Positions 1 through 11,935 of a DNA stretch of 64,000 nucleotides are shown here, piece by piece. The notes beneath the pieces are model-generated. The model was not told the DNA's origin. It did no database searches and saw only the letters and a list, made by a program, of their open reading frames with translations. The stretch spans positions 383,036,001-383,100,000 of the forward strand of contig OZ024741.1 in NCBI GenBank assembly GCA_964016885.1, given 5' to 3'. Position 1 is the first letter of the stretch; the number at the start of each line of letters is the position of its first letter. This DNA comes from Eledone cirrhosa (lineage: Eukaryota). The position numbers and the translations under genes were made by a program.

Positions 1-364
1 GTATACGCCGCTGACGATAGCTAATAAGCTTGAAACTAGTACATCGTTCCTGTGTCAGTGTTGAACAAAAAGGTTACGCCGTTGCCTAAACACTGTACGG
101 CGTAATTAAGGCTGTTTGTTTGTTTACAAACGAACAAACCAAGCATTATAATAAATGATCGGTAAACTGATACGTGCATATATATATGTGTGCCTGTATG
201 TATATATATACATGCTACTGTACGTCTGTATACATATATGTATGTACGTATACATACATACTTACATTTAAGTAAGTGCCGTACTAAGAGTGAGAAATGA
301 AATTTCGTTTCATTCTATTCCATTTATCGTTTTCGGTGCCCCTGGCCGACTGAACTCACTCGAT

Positions 365-372
365 ATGCAAAT
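365..372 (+). promoter_or_regulatory. Octamer motif ATGCAAAT, present once in each complete array unit ~110 bp upstream of the predicted cleavage site
   Basis: ATGCAAAT seen in the complete units; function inferred only. Confidence 0.35.
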
Positions 373-1772
373 TAGGCAGCTCAGCGGTTAATTTTCAGAA
401 GGAAAGTATATACTTTCGGACGTTCAACCATCTGGCATAAAGGTATACGGTGCTGACGATAGCTAATAAGCCTGAAACTAGTACATCGTTTTTGTGTCAG
501 TGTTGAATAAAAAGGTGACGTGATTGCCTAAACACTGTACGGCGTAATTCAGGCTGTTTGTTTGTTTACAAACGAACAAACCGAGCATTATAATAAATGT
601 TCGTTAAACTGATACGTGCATATATATAGGTGTGCCTGTATGTATATATATACATGCTACTGTACGTCTGTACACATATATGTATGTACGTATACATACA
701 TGCTTACATTAAAGTAAGAACCGTACTAAGAGTGAGAAATGAAATTTCGTTTCATTCTATTCCATTTATCGTTTTCGGTGGGCCTGGCCGACTGAAATCA
801 CTCGATATGCAAATTAGGCTTCTCAGCCGTTAATTTTCATGAGAAAAGTATATACTTTCGGACGTTCAACCATCTGGCAGAAAGGTATATGGTCCTGACG
901 ATAGCTAAAAAGCTTGAAACTAGTACATCGTTCCTGTGTCAGTGTTGAATAAAAAGGTGACGTGGTTGCCTAAACACTGTACGGCGTAATTCAGGCTGTT
1001 TGTTTGTTTACAAACGAACAAACCGAGCATTATAATAAATGTTCGGTAAATTGATACGTGCATATATATATGTGTGCCTGTATGTATATATATATACATG
1101 CTACTGTACGTCTGTATACATATATGTATGTACGTATACATATTATAGTTACATTTAAGTAAGTGCCGTACTAAGAGTGAGAAATGAAATGTTTCATTCT
1201 ATTCCATTTATCGTTTTCGGTGCACATGGCCGACTGAACTCACTCGATATGCAAATTAGGCTGCTCAGCCGTTAATTTTCATAAGGAAAGTATATACTTT
1301 CGGACGTTCAACCATCTGGCAGAAAGGTATAAGCCGCTGACGATAGCTAATAAGCTTGAAACTAGTACATCGTTCCTGTGTCAGTGTTGAACAAAAAGGT
1401 TACGCCGTTGCCTAAACACTGTACGGCGTAATTCAGGCTGTTTGTTTGTTTACAAACGAACAAACCAAGCATTATAATAAATGTTCGGTAAACTGATACG
1501 TGCATATATATATGTGTGCCTGTATGTATATATATACATGCTACTGTATGTCTGTATACATATATGTATGTACGTATACATACATACTTACATTTAAGTA
1601 AGTGCCGTACTAAGAGTGAGAAATGAAATTTCGTTTCATTCTATTCCATTTATGGTTTTCGGTGCGCCTGGCCGACTGAACTCACTAGGTATGCAAATTA
1701 GGCTGCTCAGCCGTTAATTTTCATAAGGAAAGTATATACTTTCGGACGTTCAACCATCTGGCAGAAAGGTAT

Positions 1773-1815
1773 ACGGTGCTGACGATAGCTAATAAGCTTG
1801 AAACTAGTACATCGT
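1773..1815 (+). ncRNA. Minimal type I hammerhead ribozyme (representative copy of the one in every array unit)
   Basis: ACGGTG-CTGACGA-T-AGCT-AATA-AGCT-T-GAAA-CTA-GTA-CATCGT: stem I ACGGUG/CAUCGU (one G-U), core CUGANGA...GAAA, stem II AGCU/AGCU, palindromic ACUAGU stem III, predicted cleavage after GUA at 1809. Confidence 0.8.
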
Positions 1816-4800
1816 TCTTGTGTCAGTGTTGAACAAAAAGGTGACGTGGTTGCCTAAATACTGTACGGCGTAATTCAGGCTGTTTGTTTGTTTACAAACG
1901 AACAAACCGAGCATTATAATAAATGTTCGGTAAACTGATACGTGCATATATATATGCGTGCCTGTATGTATATATATATACATGCTACTGTACGTCTGTA
2001 TACATATATGTATGTACGTATACATACATACTTACATTTAAGTAAGTGCCGTACTAACAGTGACAAATTAAATTTCGTTTCATTCTATTCCATTTATCGT
2101 TTTCGGTGCGCCTGGCCGACTGAACTCACTCGATATGCAAATTGGGCTGCTCAGCCGTTAATTTTCATAAGGAAACCATATACTTTCGGACGTTCAACCA
2201 TCTGGCAGAAAGGTATACGGTGCTGACGATAGCTAATAAGCTTGAAACTAGTACATCGTTTTTGTGTCAGTGTTGAACAAAAAGGTGACGTGGTTGCCTA
2301 AACATTGTACGGCGTAATCCAGGCTGTTTGTTTGTTTACAAACGAACAAACCGAGCATTCTAATAAATGTTCGGTAAACTGATACGTGAATATATATATG
2401 TGTGCCTGTATGTATATATATACATGCTACAGTACGTATGTATACATATATGTATGTACGTATACATACATACTTACATTTAAGTAAGTGCCGTACTAAG
2501 AGTGAGAAATGAAATTTCGTTTCATTCTATTCCATTTATCGTTTTCGGTGCGCCTGGCCGACTGAACACACTCGATATGCAAATTGGGCTGCTCAGCCGT
2601 TAATTTTCATAAAGGAATTATATATTTTCGGACGTTCAACCATCTGGCAGAAAGCTATACGGTGCTGACGACAGCTAATAAGCTTGAAACTAGTACATCG
2701 TTCCTGTGTCAGTGTTGAATAAAAAGGTGACGTGGTTGCCTAAACACTGTACGGCGTAATTCAGGCTGTTTGTTTGTTTACAAACGAACAAACCGAGCAT
2801 TATAATAAATGTTCGGTAAACTGATATGTGCATATATATATGCGTGCCTGTATGTATATATATATACATGCTACTGTACGTCTGTACACATATATGTATG
2901 TACGTATACATACATACTTACATTAAAGTAAGAACCGTACTAAGAGTGAGAAATGAAATTTCGTTTCATCCTATTCCATTTATCGTTTTCGGTGGGCCTG
3001 GCCAACTGAAATCACTCGATATGCAAATTAGGCTTCTCAGCCGTTAATTTTCATAAGGAAAGTATATACTTTCGGACGTTCAGCCATCTGGCAGAAAGGT
3101 ATACGGCGCTGACGATAGCTAATAAGCTTGAAACTAGTACATCGTTCCTGTGTCAGTGTTGAACAAAAAGGTGACGCCGTTGCCTAAACACTGTACGGCG
3201 TAATTCAGGCTGTTTGTTTGTTTACAAATGAACAAACCGAGCATTATAATAAATGTTCGGTAAACTGATACGTGCATATATATATGTGTGCCTGTATGTA
3301 TATATATACATGCTACTGTACGTTTGTATACATATATGTATGTACGTATACATACATACTTACATTTAAGTAAGTGCCGTACTAAGAGTGAGAAATGAAA
3401 TGTCATTTCATTCTATTCCATTTATCGTTTTCGGTACACCTGGCCGACTGAACTCACTCGATATGCAAATTAGGCTGCTCAGCCGTTAATTTTCATAAGG
3501 TAAGTATATACTTTCGGACGTTCAACCATCTGGCAGAAAGGTATACGGTGCTGACGATAGCTAATAAGCTTGAAACTAGTACATCGTCCCTGTGTCAGGG
3601 TTGAACAAAAAGGTGACGTGGTTGCCTAAACATTGTACGGCGTAATTCAGGCTGTTTGTTTGTTTACAAACGAACAAACCGAGCATTCTAATAAATGTTC
3701 GGTAAACTGATACATGCATATATATGTGTGCCTGTACGTATATATATACATGCTACTGTACGTATGTATACATATATGTATGTACGTATACATACATACT
3801 TACATTTAAGTAAGTGCCGTACTAAGAGTGAGAAATGAAATTTCGTTTCATTCTATTCCATTTATCGTTTTCGGTGCGCGTGGCCGACTGAACTCACTCG
3901 ATATGCAAATTAGGCTGCTCAGCCGTTAATTTTCATAAGGAAAGTATATACTTTCGGACGTTCAACCATCTGGCAGAAAGGTATATGGTCCTGACGATAG
4001 CTAATAAGCTTGAAACTAGTACATCGTTCCTGTGTCAGTGTTGAATAAAAAGGTGACGTGGTTGCCTAAACACTGTACGGCGTAATTCAGGCTGTTTGTT
4101 TGTTTACAAACGAACAAACCGAGCATTATAATAAATGTTCGGTAAATTGATACGTGCATATATATATGTGTGCCTGTATGTATATATATATACATGCTAC
4201 TGTACGTCTGTATACATATATGTATGTACGTATACATATTATACTTACATTTAAGTAAGTGCCGTACTAAGTGTGAGAAATGAAATGTTTCATTCTATTC
4301 CATTTATCGTTTTCGGTGCACCTGGCCGACTGAACTCACTCGATATGCAAATTAGGCTGCTCAGCCGTTAATTTTCATAAGGAAAGTATATACTTTCGGA
4401 CGTTCAACCATCTGGCAGAAAGGTATACGCCGCTGACGATAGCTAATAAGCTTGAAACTAGTACATCGTTCCTGTGTCAGTGTTGAACAAAAAGGTTACG
4501 CCGTTGCCTAAACACTGTACGGCGTAATTAAGGCTGTTTGTTTGTTTACAAACGAACAAACCAAGCATTATAATAAATGATCGGTAAACTGATACGTGCA
4601 TATATATATGTGTGCCTGTATGTATATATATACATGCTACTGTACGTCTGTATACATATATGTATGTACGTATACATACATACTTACATTTAAGTAAGTG
4701 CCGTACTAAGAGTGAGAAATGAAATTTCGTTTCATTCTATTCCATTTATCGTTTTCGGTGCCCCTGGCCGACTGAACTCACTCGATATGCAAATTAGGCT

Positions 4801-7800
4801 GCTCAGCGGTTAATTTTCAGAAGGAAAGTATATACTTTCGGACGTTCAACCATCTGGCATAAAGGTATACGGTGCTGACGATAGCTAATAAGCCTGAAAC
4901 TAGTACATCGTTTTTTTGTCAGTGTTGAATAAAAACGTGACGTGGTTGCCTAAACACTGTACGGCGTAATTCAGGCTGTTTGTTTGTTTACAAACGAACA
5001 AACCGAGCATTATAATAAATGTTCGGTAAACTGATACGTGCATATATATAGGTGTGCCTGTATGTATATATATACATGCTACTGTACGTCTGTACACATA
5101 TATATATGTACGTATACATACATGCTTACATTAAAGTAAGAACCGTACTAAGAGTGAGAAATGAAATTTCGTTTCATTCTATTCCATTTATCGTTTTCGG
5201 TGGGCCTGGCCGACTGAAATCACTCGATATGCAAATTAGGCTTCTCAGCCGTTAATTTTCATAAGGAAAGTATATACTTTCGGACGTTCAACCATCTGGC
5301 AGAAAGGTATATGGTCCTGACGATAGCTAATAAGCTTGAAACTAGTACATCGTTCCTGTGTCAGTGTTGAATAAAAAGGTGACGTGGTTGCCTAAACACT
5401 GTACGGCGTAATTCAGGCTGTTTGTTTGTTAACAAACGAACAAACCGAGCATTATAATAAATGTTCGGTAAATTGATACGTGCATATATATATGTGTGCC
5501 TGTATGTATATATATATACATGCTACTGTACGTCTGTATACATATATGTATGTACGTATACATATTATACTTACATTTAAGTAAGTGCCGTACTAAGAGT
5601 GAGAAATGAAATGTTTCATTCTATTCCATTTATCGTTTTCGGTGCACCTGGCTGACTGAACTCACTCGATATGCAAATTAGGCTGCTCAGCCGTTAATTT
5701 TCATAAGGAAAGTATATACTTTCGGACGTTCAACCATCTGGCAGAAAGGTATACGCCGCTGACGATAGCTAATAAGCTTGAAACTAGTACATCGTTCCTG
5801 TGTCAGTGTTGAACAAAAAGGTTACGCCGTTGCCTAAACACTGTACGGCGTAATTCAGGCTGTTTGTTTGTTTACAAACGAACAAACCAAGCATTATAAT
5901 AAATGTTCGGTAAACTGATACGTGCATATATATCTGTGTGCCTGTATGTATATATATACATGCTACTGTATGTCTGTATACATATATGTATGTACGTATA
6001 CATACATACTTACATTTAAGTAAGTGCCGTACTAAGAGTGAGAAATGAAATTTCGTTTTATTTTATTCCATTTATCGTTTTCGGTGCGCCTGGCCGACTG
6101 AACTCACTAGGTATGCAAATTAGGCTGCTCAGCCGTTAATTTTCATAAGGAAAGTATATACTTTCGGACGTTCAACCATCTGGCAGAAAGGTATACGGTG
6201 CTGACGATAGCTAATAAGCCAGAAAGTAGTACATCGTCCCTGTGTCAGGGTTGAACAAAAAGGTGACGTGGTTGCCTAAACATTGTACGGCGTAATTCAG
6301 GCTGTTTGTTTGTTTACAAACGAACAAACCGAGCATTCTAATAAATGTTCGGTAAACTGATATGTGCATATATATATATGTGTGCCTGTATGTATATATA
6401 TACATGCTACTGTACGTATGTATACATATATGTATATACGTATACATACATACTTACATTTAAGTAAGTGCCGTACTAAGAGTGAGAAATGAAATTTCGT
6501 TTCATTCTATTCCATTTATCGTGTTCCGTGCGCCTGGCCGACTGAACTCACTCGATATGCAAATTGGGCTGCTCAGCCGTTAATTTTCATAAAGGAAGTA
6601 TATATTTTCGGACGTTCAACCATCTGGCAGAAAGGTATACGGTGCTGACGATAGATAATAAGCTTGAAACTAGTACATCATTTTTGTGTCAGTGTTGAAC
6701 AAAAAGGTGACGTGGTTGCCTAAACACTGTACGACGTAATTCAGGCTGTTTGTTTGTTTACAAACGAACAACCGAGCATTATAATAAATGTTCGGTAAAC
6801 TGATACGTGTATATATATATGTGTGCCTGTATGTATATATATACATGCTACTGTACCTCTGTATACATATATGTATGTACGTATACATACATACTTACAT
6901 TTAAGTAAGTGCCGTACTAAGAGTGAGAAATGAAATTTCGTTTCATTCTATTCCATTTATCGTTTTCGTTGCGCCTGGCCGACTGAACTCACTCGATATG
7001 CAAATTTGGCTGCTCAGCCGTTAATTTTCATAAGGAAAGAATATACTTTCGGACGTTCAACCATCTGGCAGAAAGGTATACGGTGCTGACGATGGCTAAT
7101 AAGCTTGAAACTAGTACATCGTTCCTGTGTCAATGTTGAATAAAAAGGTGACGTGGTTGCCTAAACACTGTACGGCGTAATTCAGGCTGTTTGTTTGTTT
7201 ACAAACTGTCAAACCGAGCATTATAATAAATGTTCGGTAAACTGATACGTGCATATATATATGTGTGCCTGTATGTATATATATACATGCTACTGTACGT
7301 ACGTATACATATATGTATGTACGTATACATACATACTTACATTTAAGTAAGTGCCGTACTAAGAGTGAGAAATGAAATTTCGTTTCATTCTATTCAACTT
7401 ATCGTTTTCGGTGCGCCTGGCCGACTGAACGCACTCGATATGCAAATTAGGCTGCTCAGCCGTTAATTTTCATAAGGAAATTATATACTTTCGGACGTTC
7501 AACCATCTGGCAGAAAGGTATACGGTGCTGACCATAGCTAATAAGCTTGAAACTAGTACATCGTTCCTGTGTCAGTGTTGAATAAAGAGGTGACGTGGTT
7601 GCCTAAACACTGTACGCCGTAATTCAGGCTGTTTGTTTGTCTACAAACGAACAAACCGAGCATTATAATAAATGTTCGGTAAACTGATACGTGCATATAT
7701 ATATGTGTGCCTGTATGTATATATATATACATGCTACTGTACGTCTGTATACATATATGTATGTACGTATACATACATACTTACATTTAAGTAAGTGCCG

Positions 7801-7840
7801 TACTAAGAGTGAGAAATGAAAATTCGTTTCATTCTATTCC

Positions 7841-7844
<4 letters not shown>

Positions 7845-7920
<76 letters not shown>
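7845..7920. repeat. (TA)n microsatellite terminating the array
   Basis: Direct reading. Confidence 0.95.
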
Positions 7921-7923
<3 letters not shown>

Positions 7924-8039
7924 TATATATATATATGAATGTATATATAGTGTATTTTGCAATACACTGTATGCTTAATTAAAAGCATTTTGAAGACCCT
8001 ACGCTATTGTTTTAAAGTAGTGACAACGTCACTTACTTA

Positions 8040-9380
8040 TATTTTCAGGAAACAAAGGGGAGATAAGCTGACAGAGATCGCGGAGGTTGCGGGCGCGCTT
8101 AAAAGCAGTAATGCGTGGGTTTGGAAAAATGTGAGAAGTGACGGGAGTGTTGGGAGGGCGGGTGAGGTGAGAGGGCTATGGTGCGGATGAGAGCAGCTTG
8201 GATCAGTGGGTGGGGGATATCCACGCTGGATGAAGCAGGAAGCCATGCGAAGGGAATGGGTTTCGAAATCGTCGTCCTGGCTACAGAGCCAACGAAGACG
8301 GGGGAATTGGGAATAAGGTATGGAGTTTTTGGTGTCGGTTGGATGGGAGGAGGTGAAGTCGAGGTAAGATTGAGAGTCTGTTGGTTTAATGTTGATGGAA
8401 GTTAGAGAGGGTGTGGTGATAGTGGTTAATAGATAGAGAGATATCTAGAAAAGCGGCAGAAGAATCGGAGACGGAGGTGGTGAAATTGAGAGCAGGATGG
8501 AAAGATAGGACGAAGGAAAGAAAGCAGTCGAGCTACTCTCGTAATAGAGAGGTGGTGCCGATACAGTCGTCTATATAACGATCATATAGCTCAGGAGTCG
8601 GTTCAGCTTACTGGGAGAGATCAGGGCTTCGACGTAGCCAACAAACAAGTTGGCATAGTTTGGACCCATTCTGGTTCCCATCGCTACTTCAGAGACCTGC
8701 TGATAAAATTCACCCGAAAAAGAAAAGCCGCTGAGCGTGAGAAGGAGCTCAGCCAGACAGAGAAGAGTGGTAGTGCTGGGGTAATGGGTAGGGCGTAAAT
8801 CTAAAAAATGTTAGAGAGCGCGGAGGCTGTCATCATGATGGATGATGGTATAGAGAGAGATAATGTCCAGGGTAAAGAGAAGGCGGGAGGGACCATGAGG
8901 GAACGAGAAGGAGTTGATGAGTCGAAGGTCATGATTTGTATTGTGGATGTGGGAGAGGAGATTGGTGAGTAGATGGTGTCTAAGTTCATAAATTATCTCG
9001 TTGGGGCAATTGCACGTAGAAACGATAGGACGGCCGGGATTATTTTGCTTGTCTATTTTGGGGAGGAAGTAGATGGTGGGTGTGCGAGTGGTGCGTACAA
9101 TAAGGTTGGTGGCTGTGGGGGGTAGGAAAGAGGAGGAGATGATCTCGTGGATGGTGGAGGACACCAGTAGTTGATAGCCAGGAGTGGGGTCGGAGAATAA
9201 AGGGCGGTAAAAAAGGTTATTGTGAAACTGGCGGAGAGCTTCAGCCCTATAGAGGTGAGCGCACCAAACCGCCACGGCGCCACCCTTGTCAGCCGGTGTG
9301 ATGACAATGTCACCGCGATGCCGAAGGTTGCGAATAGCAGAGAGTTCTTTCCGCGTGATGTTAGAGCGATGAGCATTCTC
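8040..9380 (-). mobile_element. Penelope-like element reverse transcriptase fragment (frameshifted)
   Basis: Minus-strand peptides PTIYFLPKIDKQNNPGRPIVS, LFTLDIISLYTII, VAMGTRMGPNYANLFVGYVE and RYIDDCIGT match PLE RT motifs; no GIY-YIG seen. Confidence 0.88.
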
Positions 9381-9460
9381 GTATGCATATGTATATACAT
9401 GTATATATATATATATATATAGTTAAAAGAATAGAGGTGTAACACACAAGTTATTATATA

Positions 9461-10063
9461 TTGGTAAACGGAATAGAAATGCTGACAAATTGTTCACAGT
9501 TGAAAAATGGTTTAATTAGGAATAAAAGAGTATTAGTGATTGTATAGGTTAGTATTCAGTTGTGGTTTTAAGTTTTTAAGTTTTTACCGGTTGCGCATTT
9601 CTAAATGCTTTTCAAAATAATTTTGAGATAGAGTGTCCGTGCTGTTTGCTCTGATCTGATTAGTTTGGGGAATTCTACCTGTTTTTATGTTAAAAAAGTG
9701 GCTCCAGCGTTACTTTGGTGTTGCAAAAATTATTGTGGTCAAAACAATTTTGATTGGTCGGTAGAGGTCATGTGAACGTAAAAAATTGATTTTGCGCCAA
9801 GACTGTTTTTATGTTAAAAAAGTGGTTCCAGCGCTACTTGGTGTTTGCAAAAATCCTTGTGGTCAAAACAATTTTGATTGGTCGGTAGAGGTCATGCGAA
9901 TAAAAAATTGGTTTTGCGCCAAGATTGAGAAATGACTCTTTCACAACAAATATGTGTGTGTGTGTGTGTGTGTGTGTAGTAGTAGTAAGGTGTTCGATGT
10001 TGTGATAATGGTTAGCAGGGATGTGTGTCAAATGGCTATTAAGATAAGTGTGTGTGTGTGTGT

Positions 10064-10161
<98 letters not shown>

Positions 10162-10316
10162 CAGAGTAATTCGTGGTAGCAGGGATGGTCAGTAAGAATG
10201 TGTCTGAAAGCAATTTTAGCATGTCAAAAGATATTTTTCAGCTTTTGTCTTATACGGAGAAGTGCGTGTGTGTATAAGTCTCTTTGTATGTTAATGTACG
10301 CGTGTGTATGTGTGTG

Positions 10317-10348
<32 letters not shown>

Positions 10349-10517
10349 GGTGGACCTGTATTTTTTCCCCCTGGTAAAATGGTGTACATTATTCGATTAA
10401 CTTAAAAACTTAAAACCACAACTGAATACTAACCCATACAATCACTAATACTCTTTTATTCCTAATTAAACCATTTTTCAACTGTGAACAATTTGTCAGC
10501 ATTTTCTATTCCGTTTA

Positions 10518-10521
<4 letters not shown>
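9461..10521. mobile_element. TA-flanked element with ~122-bp terminal inverted repeats, internal ~120-bp duplication and (TG)n
   Basis: 9461-9582 is the reverse complement of 10399-10521. Confidence 0.75.
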
Positions 10522-10555
<34 letters not shown>

Positions 10556-10901
10556 TAAGAATATTTATATATGTTTATGTTTAATACAACTATAAATATG
10601 GAGGGTAGTACTCCGATGAAGCCAGACTTTCCTCTGGAAGAAACAATTGTGACCAAATAAATGTTCTCAACGAAATTATGATCGCATTTCTTTGGCGAAA
10701 CGAACTAGATTCGTATCAGCAAGCTTATAGTTATAAGGTTGGTAATTTAAAACTCTCCTACAGAGATTTGATTCTGACCTTGTTTTTTTCTATTTAATTG
10801 CTAACCTGTAGGTATTGTTCTCCACACAGTAACGGTTAAACTCACATGTAATAATCCTTTACACACATCTCACTGTGTAACACACTTCTCTCTGTGTAAT
10901 A

Positions 10902-10975
<74 letters not shown>

Positions 10976-11000
10976 TAGGAAAAAGTCTGACCCCGACGGC

Positions 11001-11064
11001 AGAGCTCAAGCCGTATTGACGGCTATTTCTGGACTATAAGACGCATTATGGTCCATCAGGCTCT
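11001..11064 (-). ncRNA. Decayed hammerhead-like fold
   Basis: Minus strand AGAGC-CTGA-TGGACCATAA..TTATAGTCCA-GAAA-TAGCCGT-CAAT-ACGGCT-TGA-GCTCT: three stems retained, core 3 nt short, no UH cleavage site. Confidence 0.45.
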
Positions 11065-11370
11065 TTACCACAACTCCTTCGTTTTATATATATATATATA
11101 TATATTTATTAAAATAACAGATTAAAGGTTAAGCAAAGAACCACTGCTTTCACCCTTAACGGGATCTTCTGAAACTAACAAAGTCAATCTGTAAACGCAG
11201 AAGTAGATATTTCAAAAAACGTTGCAACCGGAGAAAGACAGGAAGACGATACTTTGGTTCGTGGAAACGTTCGCTGGCAAAGAATGGGAAAAAACGAATA
11301 TAATACGGAAAAAATGAAAAGAAAATTTCATACGTATATATACTTATATTTATATACGTATATATACTTA

Positions 11371-11686
<316 letters not shown>

Positions 11687-11695
11687 TATATATAT

Positions 11696-11754
<59 letters not shown>

Positions 11755-11756
<2 letters not shown>

Positions 11757-11935
11757 ATTGTTTCTACTTATGACACAAGGCCAGCATTTACCCAGTGCAT
11801 TACTGGTACTTTATTTTATCGACCCCGTAAGGATGAAAGGCAAAGTTAACCTCGGTGTTATTTGAACTCAGTCAGTAAAGGGAGGTAACTGTGCTGAAAA
11901 GCATGGCGTCCGACACTCTACCGATACTGCCAATA
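11755..11935 (-). mobile_element. tRNA-derived SINE
   Basis: Same family as 50040-50227 (GAGTTCAAAT B-box, TTTGCCTTTCATCCTTACGGGGTCGATAAAATAAAGTACCAGT). Confidence 0.85.

Larger units (their letters stand above)
1..7845 (+). repeat. Tandem array of ~442-bp units (18 hammerhead cores; truncated by the window at left, ends in (TA)n at right); retrozyme-like satellite
   Basis: CTGACGA core recurs at 11, 453, 895, 1337, 1779, 2223, 2665, 3109, 3551, 3991, 4433, 4875, 5317, 5759, 6201, 6645, 7086 and 7528 (CTGACCA); spacings 440-444 bp; units highly similar. Confidence 0.97.

Noticed and set aside
402-483. Helitron 3' end (hairpin plus CTAG)
   Set aside because: The palindrome is ~60 bp from CTAG, and CTAG is better explained as the hammerhead stem III
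630-7774. Repeated 65-94 aa ORFs in the array
   Set aside because: Built on the TA/TG tract; frame changes between units with 2-bp indels
1-7845. Array as CRISPR, rDNA/5S, tRNA or snRNA gene cluster
   Set aside because: Whole unit repeats with no unique spacers or cas genes; no recognisable 5S, tRNA or U-snRNA sequence
11134-11175. Minus-strand CAGAAGA-TCCC..GGGT-GAAA hammerhead-like motif
   Set aside because: Core substitution and no stem I
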